In this document: one piece after another, positions 8,633 through 18,479 of the stretch
Numbering within the stretch: the stretch's first letter is position 1
How the letters are laid out: every line of letters begins with the position of its first letter
Source: Nostoc sp. DedSLP01
Lineage (GTDB): Bacteria > Cyanobacteriota > Cyanobacteriia > Cyanobacteriales > Nostocaceae
Length of the DNA stretch: 53,537 bases
Assembly (NCBI GenBank): GCA_034530875.2
Contig: JAVRCJ020000046.1
Location: forward strand, 1-53,537
Direction: 5' to 3'
Translations under genes and position numbers: made by a program
The notes under the pieces: generated by a model
Seen by the model: only the letters and a program-made list of their open reading frames with translations
Databases searched by the model: none
What the model was told of the DNA's origin: nothing

Positions 8633-9478
8633 TTATTCAGGAGTTAGAAATATTTCTTTGAAAGTATGGCTTTGGTCATCTACCAATGCATTAACATTCT
8701 GGGGTAAATAACCAGGACAATCTATATTTAAAACATAGTTACCCATTTCAAGGTTTTCAAAAAAGAACAGCCCTTCTTTATTGCTTTCCATGAATTTTTT
8801 ACTGCGCAGCAGAGTAACTTTTGTCCCCATTAATGGCAGATTTGTAGTTGCACTCTTAACAACACCTGCAATTACTACTCGCCTACTCATAAGTTGCGTA
8901 GTACCGTTACCATTGCCGTACATTTGATTTCGCAAATCAAATATTCTTTCCCAAACTAAAGGTACTGTACTCGATTGCGTATCAAGAGGCACTGTAACTG
9001 TGAGATATAAAGCTGAACGCAAAGGTACATTGAGAGCGCTCCATAAGCTGCCGGCTTCAAGTGACGGTTGTAGTCCAACCATCATTGGCAAACTCCCATA
9101 ACCCCGCAATTCTGGAACTAAAAACTCCTCCTCTAAAGCTCGATGGCGCATAAGTACGGCCAATGCTTCGCTGAGGAAGTGATGTTCGCCTAAAGTCGTC
9201 CTATCCCAAGCTGTTAATAGCAGCGAAACATCAAACCAAACAGGTGCCCAATTGATAACGCCTGCTTGCAGATGACGCGTAATATTACGTTCAACTTGCC
9301 TGCCGGCCTGTTGGAACTGCTTACTCTCACGAATATCGTAAATATATAAATTGAGAGTCGGGCCGGCTCCCTCTTCCCTGCGATTACTCGGATGGCTGAA
9401 GTCAATCTGCTCTGTACTGGTGAGTGAAGTTCCTCCAGCTAGAATTTCCGCTAAAGTTTGAAGAACGAAGATAAGCAT
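8633..9478 (-). CDS. Pvc16/Afp16 (DUF4255) cap/terminator protein with C-terminal carboxypeptidase-regulatory-like beta domain
   Basis: LNLYIYDIRE, LLTAW, LWSAL…YLTVTVP motifs; C-terminal GVVKS…GLFFFENL..GNY.L. Confidence 0.85.
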   Translation of the reverse strand: MLIFVLQTLAEILAGGTSLTSTEQIDFSHPSNRREEGAGPTLNLYIYDIRESKQFQQAGRQVERNITRHLQAGVINWAPVWFDVSLLLTAWDRTTLGEHHFLSEALAVLMRHRALEEEFLVPELRGYGSLPMMVGLQPSLEAGSLWSALNVPLRSALYLTVTVPLDTQSSTVPLVWERIFDLRNQMYGNGNGTTQLMSRRVVIAGVVKSATTNLPLMGTKVTLLRSKKFMESNKEGLFFFENLEMGNYVLNIDCPGYLPQNVNALVDDQSHTFKEIFLTPE

Positions 9479-9704
9479 GAAGGTGTTGTGCTGGTAGCTA
9501 AATCCAGATGCATCTAGGGTATCTATATCGCTAGGGGAAAGTAATTAGACTTTTGTCGATATTTTTGGTGAGGGCTACAGGACATGGGAAAAGTTGAGAA
9601 CACCTTGCTAAACACAAGCTAATACCTAAAAAATCATCCTTTCGGTATATTTTTTTGATGTATTAAGATGCTGAGTCAATCTATGAGAGTAAGGTAAAAA
9701 CATC

Positions 9705-9902
9705 ATGAACCGTTCCACTCCCATAAGCGACCGGGAGTCCGGAGCGATCGCTCTGAGTGCTTATGCAGGGGAAATTGATTATCAACAGGCAATGTTAGCC
9801 GATTCTCAAAGGCATATTTTCAAACCAGTCGATCCAACCAACCTCGTTGAGGCGATCGCAGATTTGGTGAGAATTGCAAAAGGCAATGGAATTTTAGGTT
9901 AA
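9705..9902 (+). pseudogene. Remnant of the C-terminal half of a receiver (REC) domain
   Basis: AIALSAYA…QQAMLA…HIFKPVDP..LVEAI matches the end of hybrid-kinase REC domains; the N-terminal half with the phospho-Asp is missing. Confidence 0.7.
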
Positions 9903-10293
9903 AACATTTCTTACGAAATCCGAAAAACAATAAATCTAGTGTGTAGATTAGTCTGAAGCAGTTTTTATTCAGATGCCCTATATTTTTTTGTGGAGTGAGT
10001 CGAAAACCCTAGTCTACTGAGAGCGAAACGCCTATCTTACAATATTTATCAAATTGTTACAAATAACAAATTTTATCGGACTCGCCTTTGATTTTTGAAA
10101 TAACTCCGTACAAGTCAAAGTCTATTGGCTATCAATCAACGCCAATGACTATATACTCACAAAAGTCAGATGTAATTACGATTAAAAACTTAATAATTCT
10201 TCGTAATAATTAGCTGACAAAAATAACTTAATAAAAAAATAAACATTGCTAAGACTGCATAAATTTATACTAGACAACATAATCCTACAATAG

Positions 10294-11436
10294 TTGCTAA
10301 CAAAAGCGAGTGAAGCTATGACAGTAAGCTTTTCTCTAAACAAACTAGAAAATGGCTCTAATTATTTGAATTCCTCAGATATCAAAAGTTTTTGTCAACT
10401 TGAATCTGAGCAATTAACTAGTCAAGAACCAATTTTTTTCGCTCGAATTGTCTATCACGATTGCTTGCTGAAAACTCATCAGGAAGTTATCAATTATCGT
10501 CAACACCAATCTCCTTTTTCTCCAAAAAATTTAGCTTATTTACGCTCAGAAGTTTGGTTAACAGACTTCCCACCTGTTTTTACTATCAATAAATTTGAAC
10601 TGAAAAATTTTTCATCGCTTTGTTATATTTGTCCAATAGGATACAGAAATCAAAAGCCGGAATACATCCAGATTATTACTGATGAACCTATTTCCCAGAG
10701 ATTGGAATTATACATAAAACGTTCGGCTATCCTCTTGAATAAGTATATAGATATTTACTTAGACTGTGGAAGACAAAAAACTGAGATTCAACTCCTAGAA
10801 CAGATTTTGCATCGAGTCGGCCATCAATTGCGCAATTCCTTAGGGTTAATCGGACTGTATGCACATAATTTATGCTTGGGATTAAAAGATAATCCTTGGC
10901 AAGAGCAAGCAACAATTATTAATGAAAGTATCCAAGATTTAGATACTAATTTAAACGAGCTTATTGATTGCGGTCAAAGTACGAAATTGAGGACAACTCT
11001 GCAAGATTTAAGAAGTTTAGTAGTTGAAAGCGTCAAAAATTTAGAACCTTTAATTAATGCAAAAAAACTTAAAATAACTATTCCCGATACATCTACTATT
11101 TTGAAAATAGATCGGCTACAAATGAAACAAGTATTTGACAATATACTTAGTAATGCTGTTCATTTTAGCCCGGATTCTGAGACTATTACTTGTAGCTGGC
11201 AGATTTTTCAAGATGAAGTTTTAATCAAAATTTCCGATCGAGGGCCTGGATTATCTCCAGAAGATTTACAAAAAATATTTACGCCGTTTTATTCCCGCCG
11301 TCGAGGAGGTACAGGGCTGGGTTTAACCATTGCTAAAAAAATAATTTTGGATCATCAAGGAAGTATTTGGGCGCAAGTTTTATCAGAAAGGGGGGCACAA
11401 TTTTCGGTGATTTTGCCAAAGCCAAGAAGTGGATAG
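10294..11436 (+). CDS. Soluble sensor histidine kinase (start may be the ATG at 10318)
   Basis: H-box HQLRNSL, N-box NILSNAV, DRGPG, FTPF, GTGLGL; no TM segment. Confidence 0.92.
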   Translation: MLTKASEAMTVSFSLNKLENGSNYLNSSDIKSFCQLESEQLTSQEPIFFARIVYHDCLLKTHQEVINYRQHQSPFSPKNLAYLRSEVWLTDFPPVFTINKFELKNFSSLCYICPIGYRNQKPEYIQIITDEPISQRLELYIKRSAILLNKYIDIYLDCGRQKTEIQLLEQILHRVGHQLRNSLGLIGLYAHNLCLGLKDNPWQEQATIINESIQDLDTNLNELIDCGQSTKLRTTLQDLRSLVVESVKNLEPLINAKKLKITIPDTSTILKIDRLQMKQVFDNILSNAVHFSPDSETITCSWQIFQDEVLIKISDRGPGLSPEDLQKIFTPFYSRRRGGTGLGLTIAKKIILDHQGSIWAQVLSERGAQFSVILPKPRSG

Positions 11437-11461
11437 TAGTTAATAATTCGTAATTAAAAAG

Positions 11462-12142
11462 ATGAGTAATGATAATAAGGCGCTTTCAGTTTTATTAGTA
11501 GATGATGAAGAACGTTTTCGGCAAGGGTTGCGTACCTTGCTCAATTTTTATAATATTAATTCTGCATTACCTGTAGAAATTGTGGGTGATGCAGATTGTG
11601 TAGAACAAGTTTTAAAAGTTACAGCCCAGAAAAGTCCAGATTTAATTTTGTTGGATATGCAATTAGCAGGATGTGATGGAATTACAGTTCTGGCACGTCT
11701 GAAGGAAGCTGCGTTTTCTGGTAAGGTTTTAGTATTGTCTGCTCATCAAGAAGATGACTGGATTTTTCGCGCTATGCAAGCGGGAGCCGCAGGTTACGTG
11801 TTTAAAAACCGTTTGGCTACCCAATTGTGTGAAGCTATTAATACTGTAACTAGATCGGAAATTTATTTACCTTCGGAAGTTGCGAGTCGATTTTTTCGAT
11901 TTTTTCAAGCTTACTCAGATGCTTCTTTTAGAGCTTGTCAGCAAGTGCATTTAACAGAAAGAGAACAAGAAGTTTTATACTGGTTAACTCAAGGTGCTTC
12001 TAACGAAGAAATCGCTAAGCATTTATATGTAACAGTTGCTACTGTTAAGGCGCATCTTACTAGTATTTTTGAAAAATTGAAGGTTACTAGTCGTACTCAA
12101 GCTATTGTGGCCGCACTCAAGTTAGGATTAGTTAAAGCATGA
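11462..12142 (+). CDS. NarL/LuxR-family response regulator
   Basis: REC domain (LVDD, LLDMQL, GYVFK) plus LuxR HTH (LTEREQEVL…SNEEIA…TVKAH). Confidence 0.95.
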   Translation: MSNDNKALSVLLVDDEERFRQGLRTLLNFYNINSALPVEIVGDADCVEQVLKVTAQKSPDLILLDMQLAGCDGITVLARLKEAAFSGKVLVLSAHQEDDWIFRAMQAGAAGYVFKNRLATQLCEAINTVTRSEIYLPSEVASRFFRFFQAYSDASFRACQQVHLTEREQEVLYWLTQGASNEEIAKHLYVTVATVKAHLTSIFEKLKVTSRTQAIVAALKLGLVKA

Positions 12143-12182
12143 GCGCAACAGAAGTCATCGGCGCAATTTACGAAATTTCTCT

Positions 12183-14321
12183 ATGCCTTCATTTGAATCT
12201 TTTTATCAAGAATACCTCTGCTCGTACAATTCTCCCTTAAATTGCGATCGCCCTTTCCAAACGGCACAGCAAATCAAGGGTGCAAAATTTTGCTTGGAAT
12301 GTGGTTTTCCAGCAACTTTACCGCATGAGGCTGAGATTAAAGGAAGCCAGGGTACTTATCAAATAGGTAATTATTTGGGCGTGCGGGGTTTTGGGCGTTT
12401 GTATTCAGGTATCCAAATTAAGGACAAACAGCCTGTAATTATTAAAGAATATTTATTACCCAATCGTTCTTTTAACGAAAACGAAACGATAAAACGCAAA
12501 GACAGTTTTAAAAGAGTAGGTGGAGTAAGTTTAGCCGATAGTCGAATTCAAAATTTTCGCCTTGTAGAAACTAAAGAAGCGATCGCTGATGATAAAGGAG
12601 AACGCTGCTATCTGATTGCTAAAGTAATAGACTCATCCCAAACTTTAAGTAAGTATATCATTGAAAAGGGAGCAATGACAGCTCCTCAAGTACGAGAAGT
12701 ACTCAATCAAGGATTGCAAACTATTCAGTTTCTCCATACCCAAAAACTGCGTTTTCCTTCCAATCAAGTCCAATTGGGTTTAACTCACGGCAACATCAAT
12801 TTAGATAGTACTTTAATTAAACTAGAAGGTCATCAAAAATTTTCTATATACTTTTGTGACTTAGCTATTTGGGAAAACTTATTTATTCCACCAATTATTG
12901 CTCAACCAACCCCCGCTAGACCAGAACAAGATTTACAATCTTTAGGAATGGTAGCCTTTTATTTGTGGGCAGGCAGAACAACTAATTTATCTTCTAATCA
13001 GCCTTTAGATCCTAGAGACAATCGACAATGGCCGGATACAGATAATCATTTAAAACAATTTATTTATCGTTTAATGGGGTTGGAAACTCCTTTTGAAAGT
13101 GCGGAAGCAGCGCGGCAAGTTTTATTGCAACTTCCCAAAGAAGATAGCGCCAATACTTCAGCGCGTTCATCTGCTGCTCAAATAATCGAAAAGCGTTTGC
13201 CAATGCCATTAATTTTATTATTGGGAATCTTGGCTTTATTACTATTAGGAAGCGGAATTTGGTATTTTCTTTGGCGAAATTCAACAGATCCGCGCAATCA
13301 ATTTATCGAATGGTCTAAACTGGTGCGGAATTTCTCAGAAGTTCCTAACGTTCCTTCAGGAGAATTTACTTATACAGGAGAAAAAGATAGTACATGGAGT
13401 TATATTTTAACCCAACCAGTAGACAACAGCCGTTTAGCAGATTTATTAGCTAAACCAAAGCCGGATGCAACAGCAACATATAACTATGAATCTGTTTTGT
13501 CAGCAAATGTAAATAATCCGATTAAAAGTATCGAAGAAGTACAAGCAGGGAAAAAAGACTTTGCAATTACTAGTTTGGGAAATAATATTACCAGTCAATT
13601 GGCAAAAACAAAAGTTGCTGATGATGGATTAATTGTTTTTGTCGCATTTAATAAAAGAGACTCAAATCTGGCTAATGCTCTGGGAGGTCAAATCAGCCTC
13701 GAACAATTGCGTCAAATTTATACAGGAAAAATTACTAATTGGCAACAGATTAATTCCAAGCTACCAAGTACTCTTAAAGTTAAACCTTTTGCTCCCACAG
13801 AACCAGAAGCGATTGTTAAATTTGAAGAAATAGTTTTGAAAAATGACCCCCAGGACAAAGCTTTATTTGCGGCTAAAGTCACTCAACTCGATACCACAAA
13901 AACTCAAAACCAGATACGTAGTGAGGTTTTAGAGGGACGAGCTACTGGGATTATTAGTTTTGGGATTATCAGTAAAACTTGGAAACAATGTACTGGTTAT
14001 CCTTTAGCGATCGCCAATTATAACAAACAAGTTAGCCAGCCTTTGTTTCAAAAACGCGATCGTCGCCCAATTACTCCCTCAGATGACTTGTGTCAGCATG
14101 ATGATTATTATGTTGATGTCACAACTTTCCAAAGCTATCCTTTGGGATACCCTGTTTTTGTAGTCTACCCTCAAGACAGCAACCGCCTGCCTGGTGGTTC
14201 TACATTTGCCCAGATGCTAATTACTCGTCAGGGTCAGTGTTTACTTAGTAAAGTAGGTCTTGTCGCTTTACAACCTATGCCTGATTATATAAATTCCTAT
14301 GCCTGCAAATCGGTGCCCTAA
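12183..14321 (+). CDS. Zn-ribbon + pseudokinase + TM + PstS/PBP-like periplasmic domain protein
   Basis: FCLECG; GVRGFG and IIKE are retained, but HGNIN replaces HRD and there is no DFG; TM near aa 340-365; LRQIYTGKITNW, YPLGYP substrate-binding motifs. Confidence 0.8.
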   Translation: MPSFESFYQEYLCSYNSPLNCDRPFQTAQQIKGAKFCLECGFPATLPHEAEIKGSQGTYQIGNYLGVRGFGRLYSGIQIKDKQPVIIKEYLLPNRSFNENETIKRKDSFKRVGGVSLADSRIQNFRLVETKEAIADDKGERCYLIAKVIDSSQTLSKYIIEKGAMTAPQVREVLNQGLQTIQFLHTQKLRFPSNQVQLGLTHGNINLDSTLIKLEGHQKFSIYFCDLAIWENLFIPPIIAQPTPARPEQDLQSLGMVAFYLWAGRTTNLSSNQPLDPRDNRQWPDTDNHLKQFIYRLMGLETPFESAEAARQVLLQLPKEDSANTSARSSAAQIIEKRLPMPLILLLGILALLLLGSGIWYFLWRNSTDPRNQFIEWSKLVRNFSEVPNVPSGEFTYTGEKDSTWSYILTQPVDNSRLADLLAKPKPDATATYNYESVLSANVNNPIKSIEEVQAGKKDFAITSLGNNITSQLAKTKVADDGLIVFVAFNKRDSNLANALGGQISLEQLRQIYTGKITNWQQINSKLPSTLKVKPFAPTEPEAIVKFEEIVLKNDPQDKALFAAKVTQLDTTKTQNQIRSEVLEGRATGIISFGIISKTWKQCTGYPLAIANYNKQVSQPLFQKRDRRPITPSDDLCQHDDYYVDVTTFQSYPLGYPVFVVYPQDSNRLPGGSTFAQMLITRQGQCLLSKVGLVALQPMPDYINSYACKSVP

Positions 14322-14973
14322 TCCTAGTTGCGAATATTTTAACCGCGCCTTGCCTAACAATGCTAAGGTTTGTCCGTGGTGTTCGACTCCCATAGGTAAT
14401 GTAGTGACTCCTACACCACAACAGCCCGTCCAGCCACAACACAGCCATCAACCACCTGTCCAACAACCACCTATTCAGCAACCGCCTATTCAACAACCGC
14501 CTAGCCAGTATCAGCGCCCAGTATCAGACCAACCTAACTACCAAGTTCCTCAACAAAACCCAACAGATTATTCAACAGTCTATCAGCAACGGGTTCCTTA
14601 TCAACAAACACCTCCTGTATATACTCCCCCGCCTCAAAGAGCGCCACTCTTAAAGCTGATTCATAGCAGTGGCAGAGAATTTCACCTTGTTGGCGAAGGA
14701 GGTTATATTGGGCGTCGCAGCCAAAGCCCAGGAATAGCACCGCCAGAAATTGACTTGACTGGCATTCCCCATGAGGGAATAGTCTCTCGTCGTCATGCAC
14801 GAGTCGATTGGGACTGGTCGCAAAATGCATATATGATTGTTGATATGAGTACAAATGGTATTTATTTAAACAACAATCTTCTAACTCCTGGTATGCAATA
14901 TCGCCTGATTAACGGCGATTCGCTGAAATTTGGTCAGGATAACCTAGTTAATTTCACTGCTTATGTAATGTAG
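14299..14973 (+). CDS. Double Zn-ribbon + Q/P-rich linker + FHA domain protein
   Basis: CPNPSC…CPWC; QQPP repeats; IGRRS, VSRRHA, STNG FHA motifs. Confidence 0.88.
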   Translation: MPANRCPNPSCEYFNRALPNNAKVCPWCSTPIGNVVTPTPQQPVQPQHSHQPPVQQPPIQQPPIQQPPSQYQRPVSDQPNYQVPQQNPTDYSTVYQQRVPYQQTPPVYTPPPQRAPLLKLIHSSGREFHLVGEGGYIGRRSQSPGIAPPEIDLTGIPHEGIVSRRHARVDWDWSQNAYMIVDMSTNGIYLNNNLLTPGMQYRLINGDSLKFGQDNLVNFTAYVM

Positions 14974-15157
14974 CATTAATCTGTTAATTTTCAAGAATCA
15001 GAGAGTGCATTAGTTTTGCAAAAGTTCTTAAATTTGATGGGGTAGTTGATGTTTTATCGACTACCCTTCAATTTTGAGATTTCAAGGAATTCTAACGTGA
15101 ATTCGACGAAGCTCTCCCTGCCTTGAACCCTCCGGCAACTAGCATAAACGCAATCAT

Positions 15158-15486
15158 TAGACTTCTTGCAGAAGTCGGGAAAAGGGTAAGGGGGAAAGGG
15201 ATAAGAAAAAACCCTTTCCCTTTTACATACATCCCTTTGTCCCAAGAATGCAAAAAGAGTTTTGCACTCTTATATCAAGTTCGGATGATTAGTTACTATC
15301 GCAGTCCTCGCGTTACCCCTCCCCAACCCTCCCCTTAGCAAGGGGAGGGTGCCGTAAGGCGGGTGGGGTGTTTCAGGATTTATAAATAATTAAGCGAACT
15401 TGATATTACTCCATGAGTGGAACTCACAAGGAACAATAAAAATATCTCTTTCCCAGTCCCCAGTCCCTATTTTTAAGGTAGGTCTA
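15158..15486. mobile_element. MITE-like element (copy 1), interrupted by a nested element
   Basis: Ends TAGACTTCTTGC…AGGTAGGTCTA (imperfect TIR, TA at both ends); colinear with 18480-18678 apart from a 136-bp insert. Confidence 0.75.
15273..15405. mobile_element. 133-bp MITE with 11-bp TIR and TTA target-site duplication
   Basis: TIR TATCAAGTTCG/CGAACTTGATA flanked by TTA at 15270-15272 and 15406-15408; the empty site GCACTC-TTA-CTCCATG is present in the sister copy near 18580. Confidence 0.85.
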
Positions 15487-15567
15487 TTCGTGAGCCTATA
15501 GCCATTTGCAGTTGAATAGACTACAACAGTAGGGGCGAATATTTACTTACTAAATATAGATGTAGAT

Positions 15568-15642
15568 TTAGGGTGTGTTGTCGCCAAGCACTGCACCTTG
15601 AATTGTTGAAGGTGCGTTAGCCTACGGCATAACACACCCTAC
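15568..15642. repeat. REP-like palindromic repeat
   Basis: TAGGGTGTGTT…AACACACCCTA outer stem with inner GCACCTT/AAGGTGC; related GGTGCGTTA motifs near 27132 and 29373. Confidence 0.65.
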
Positions 15643-15752
15643 ATTTAATACATTTACGTTTATTAACATAACTGGAAATATTAGCGCCGACTTACTCGCT
15701 GCTTTTGCCTACGAAATGTAGGTAATAAAAATTGCTGCGGATTCTTTGATGA

Positions 15753-16955
15753 TTGTCAGTTAAATTCAGTTTCGATATGGTAGCAAACACTGTTTTAGAT
15801 TCTTTAGTAACTAGTACTCAACGTACAAAAATTTGTCAGATTTTAGGCGAGACTTATAACGAGGAACGTTGGAACGATTGGCGCTGGCAAATGCGGCATC
15901 GGCTGACTAAGTTAGAACAATTTCAGCAATTATTACAGCTTAGTCCTGCCGAAGAACGAGGACTTTTAATAGCGCCAGAAAAGTTTGCTGTAGCGGTAAC
16001 ACCACATTTTGCATCATTGCTCGATCCTAAAGATCCGCTTTGCCCGCTGCGGTTACAAGTAATTCCACGAGAAGAAGAACTCATTGTCAGTAGCACAGAC
16101 TTAGTAGATCCTTGTGGGGAAGATAAAGATAGCCCAGTTCCAGGACTCGTACACCGTTATCCCGATCGCGTTTTGTTGCTTGCCTTGGATAGTTGTGCGG
16201 CTTATTGTCGTTACTGTACTCGCTCTCGTTTGGTCAGCCAAGGGGAAATGTATCCAGTCACGCGGCGATTGGATGCGATTGTTGCTTATCTCGAAGCGCA
16301 CACCGAGGTGCGTGATGTCCTAATTTCTGGCGGCGATCCGCTGCTGATGTCTGATGAACCTTTAGATAATTTGCTGCGGCGGCTGCGCGGGATTCCGCAT
16401 CTGGAATTTATCCGCATTGGTTCCCGCGTGCCTAACTTCTTACCGCAACGAATTACACCGGAATTAGTTACTTTACTACGCAAGCATCGCGTCTGGCTAT
16501 CGTTGCACTTTTGTCATGTGCGCGAACTTACCCCTGAAGTAGCCCAAGCTTGCGATCGCCTAGCTGATGGTGGTATTCCTCTAGGCAGTCAAAGTGTGCT
16601 ATTAAAAGGCGTGAATGATTCGCAAGAAGCTCTGAAAAATTTATTTCACGGTCTTCTCAAACTGCGGGTGCGACCTTATTACCTTTATCAATGCGACCCA
16701 GTTGTTGGTACCGGACATCTGCGAACCAGCGTGCAAACTGGGATTGATTTAATCTCTCAATTGCGCGGCTATACAACTGGGTACGCCGTACCAACTTATG
16801 TAATTGATGCCCCAGGCGGTGGTGGCAAAGTGCCAATTCAAGCTGAAACTTTAGTTGCTTATGAAAATGGTACAGCTACAATCCGAAATTGGGCAGGCAA
16901 GACTTATACTTATGCAGATTCAATCGAGCCAAACCGATCGGATTTGGAAGAATAG
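15753..16955 (+). CDS. kamA: KamA-family radical SAM/PLP aminomutase (lysine 2,3-aminomutase-like); probable start ATG 15777
   Basis: WNDWRWQ, HRYPDR, CAAYCRYC, SGGDPL, PYYLYQCD, DAPGGGGK (PLP lysine). Confidence 0.9.
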   Translation: MSVKFSFDMVANTVLDSLVTSTQRTKICQILGETYNEERWNDWRWQMRHRLTKLEQFQQLLQLSPAEERGLLIAPEKFAVAVTPHFASLLDPKDPLCPLRLQVIPREEELIVSSTDLVDPCGEDKDSPVPGLVHRYPDRVLLLALDSCAAYCRYCTRSRLVSQGEMYPVTRRLDAIVAYLEAHTEVRDVLISGGDPLLMSDEPLDNLLRRLRGIPHLEFIRIGSRVPNFLPQRITPELVTLLRKHRVWLSLHFCHVRELTPEVAQACDRLADGGIPLGSQSVLLKGVNDSQEALKNLFHGLLKLRVRPYYLYQCDPVVGTGHLRTSVQTGIDLISQLRGYTTGYAVPTYVIDAPGGGGKVPIQAETLVAYENGTATIRNWAGKTYTYADSIEPNRSDLEE

Positions 16956-16981
16956 GTATAAGTACTCCGGGAGATACCAGA

Positions 16982-17380
16982 ATGTTTATTGTAGCTGATA
17001 CAAAACAAAAAGGTAGAGGCGTTTTTGCAACAAAGCGTTTTCTCAAAGGCGAGGTCATTGAAAGAGCACCTGTAATTGTTATTCCTGCTGAGGAAGTCAA
17101 ATTAATCGATCGAACAATTTTGACTAACTATTACTACGATTGGGAAAATCAAACTGCCGCGATCGCGTGTTCGTGGATGTCGTTGATAAATCACTCTTAC
17201 CAACCCAATACCATCTATGTCAAGAAATTTTCTGAACGAATCATAGAGTGTATTGTGTTCCACGATATACAAGTGGGAGAAGAAATTACTATCAACTATA
17301 ACGGTTCTCCCGAAAATCAATCTCCTATCTGGTTCGATGTTGTTGATGAAATATCTTCGATAATCTTGCCAACTGAGTAA
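16982..17380 (+). CDS. SET-domain methyltransferase
   Basis: GRGVFA, INHSYQPN, GEEITINY; ATG at 16982 has an upstream GGAG, so the longer ORF-track start overlapping kamA is unlikely. Confidence 0.88.
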   Translation: MFIVADTKQKGRGVFATKRFLKGEVIERAPVIVIPAEEVKLIDRTILTNYYYDWENQTAAIACSWMSLINHSYQPNTIYVKKFSERIIECIVFHDIQVGEEITINYNGSPENQSPIWFDVVDEISSIILPTE

Positions 17381-17466
17381 TCAAAATTCGCGAAATTAAG
17401 ACATTTAACTAGGTTACAGCTAACAACGAAAGCTTATTCACTGTAAGTACTGGAAGTTATAGATTA

Positions 17467-18453
17467 ATGGGAATATTTATTGGTCTTTGTTATGACCTGA
17501 AAGCAGACTATCTGAAAGCTGGTTTTAGTGCTGATGAAGTGATGGAATTTGATGATGAAGAAACTATCATTGGGCTAGAAAATGCACTATTTGAGTTAGG
17601 GCATAAAGTCGAACGTATTGGAAATGGTAGAGAACTAGCTTTAAGATTAGCAAAAGGCGATCGCTGGAATCTAGTTTTTAATATTGCTGAGGGTTTGAAA
17701 GGTCGTTCTCGCGAAGCACAAGTTCCAGCAGTCTGTGAATTATTCGCTCAACCTTACACCTTTGCCGATCCTCTTACCTGCGCCCTTACTTTAGATAAGG
17801 CACTAGCTAAAAGGATAATACGCGATCGCGGTTTGCCCACAGCTCCGTTTGAAGTAGTGACTTCCCCCACACAAGCACAAGCCTTATCCCTAAATTTGCC
17901 ATTATTCCTCAAGCCTGTGGCGGAGGGGAGTTCTAAAGGAATAACGGGGCGTTCGCTGGTTAAAGAACGCGAAGAATTAGTGACAATATACGAATTATTA
18001 CGCGAACAATTCCAGCAGCCCGTACTGGTGGAAACCTTCCTTCCCGGTCGAGAATTCACAGTGGGTATTATTGGCAACGGTAGTAATTCACGGGTAGTAG
18101 GTGTTATGGAAGTGATTTTCACAGACAAAGCCGAAACTTCTGCTTACACCAGCCTTAACAAAGATGAATATTTGGAACGAGTATCTTATCGTTTGCTTGT
18201 AGAACCCGAACCATTGGCAGCACGGGCAAGACAGCTGGCGCTGGATGCTTACTATACCCTTGACTGCCGCGATGCTGCCCGCGTAGATTTGCGCTGCGAT
18301 GCTAATGGTGTGTTGCAGTTTTTGGAGATTAATCCATTGCCAGGACTCCACCATATTCGCTCAGATTTACCACTTATGGGACGCTTGGCTGGCGTGTCAT
18401 ACACACAAATCATTGCCACAATAGTCGAGTCTGCTGTGCAAAGGTATCAATAG
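17467..18453 (+). CDS. ATP-grasp ligase, D-Ala-D-Ala-ligase-like
   Basis: FNIAEG, LDKALAK, KPVAEGSSKGI, GREFTVG, EINPLPG; the N-terminus lacks the canonical Ddl GG.S.E motif. Confidence 0.88.
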   Translation: MGIFIGLCYDLKADYLKAGFSADEVMEFDDEETIIGLENALFELGHKVERIGNGRELALRLAKGDRWNLVFNIAEGLKGRSREAQVPAVCELFAQPYTFADPLTCALTLDKALAKRIIRDRGLPTAPFEVVTSPTQAQALSLNLPLFLKPVAEGSSKGITGRSLVKEREELVTIYELLREQFQQPVLVETFLPGREFTVGIIGNGSNSRVVGVMEVIFTDKAETSAYTSLNKDEYLERVSYRLLVEPEPLAARARQLALDAYYTLDCRDAARVDLRCDANGVLQFLEINPLPGLHHIRSDLPLMGRLAGVSYTQIIATIVESAVQRYQ

Positions 18454-18479
18454 AGGGGCAGAGGTGATGGGGAGAATAT

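Noticed and set aside
4501..9478. Prophage or T6SS
   Set aside because: No capsid, terminase, portal or integrase, and no TssJLM/ClpV; the DUF4255-type cap with a single sheath and gp19-like tubes fits eCIS.
15054..15338. Short ORFs 15054-15245 and 15123-15338 (also 18447-18668 and 20216-20416)
   Set aside because: They run through MITE or REP repeats and show no protein motifs.
15753..16955. EF-P modification enzyme EpmB
   Set aside because: The C-terminal DAPGGGGK motif and the context are KamA-type; no efp or epmA nearby.
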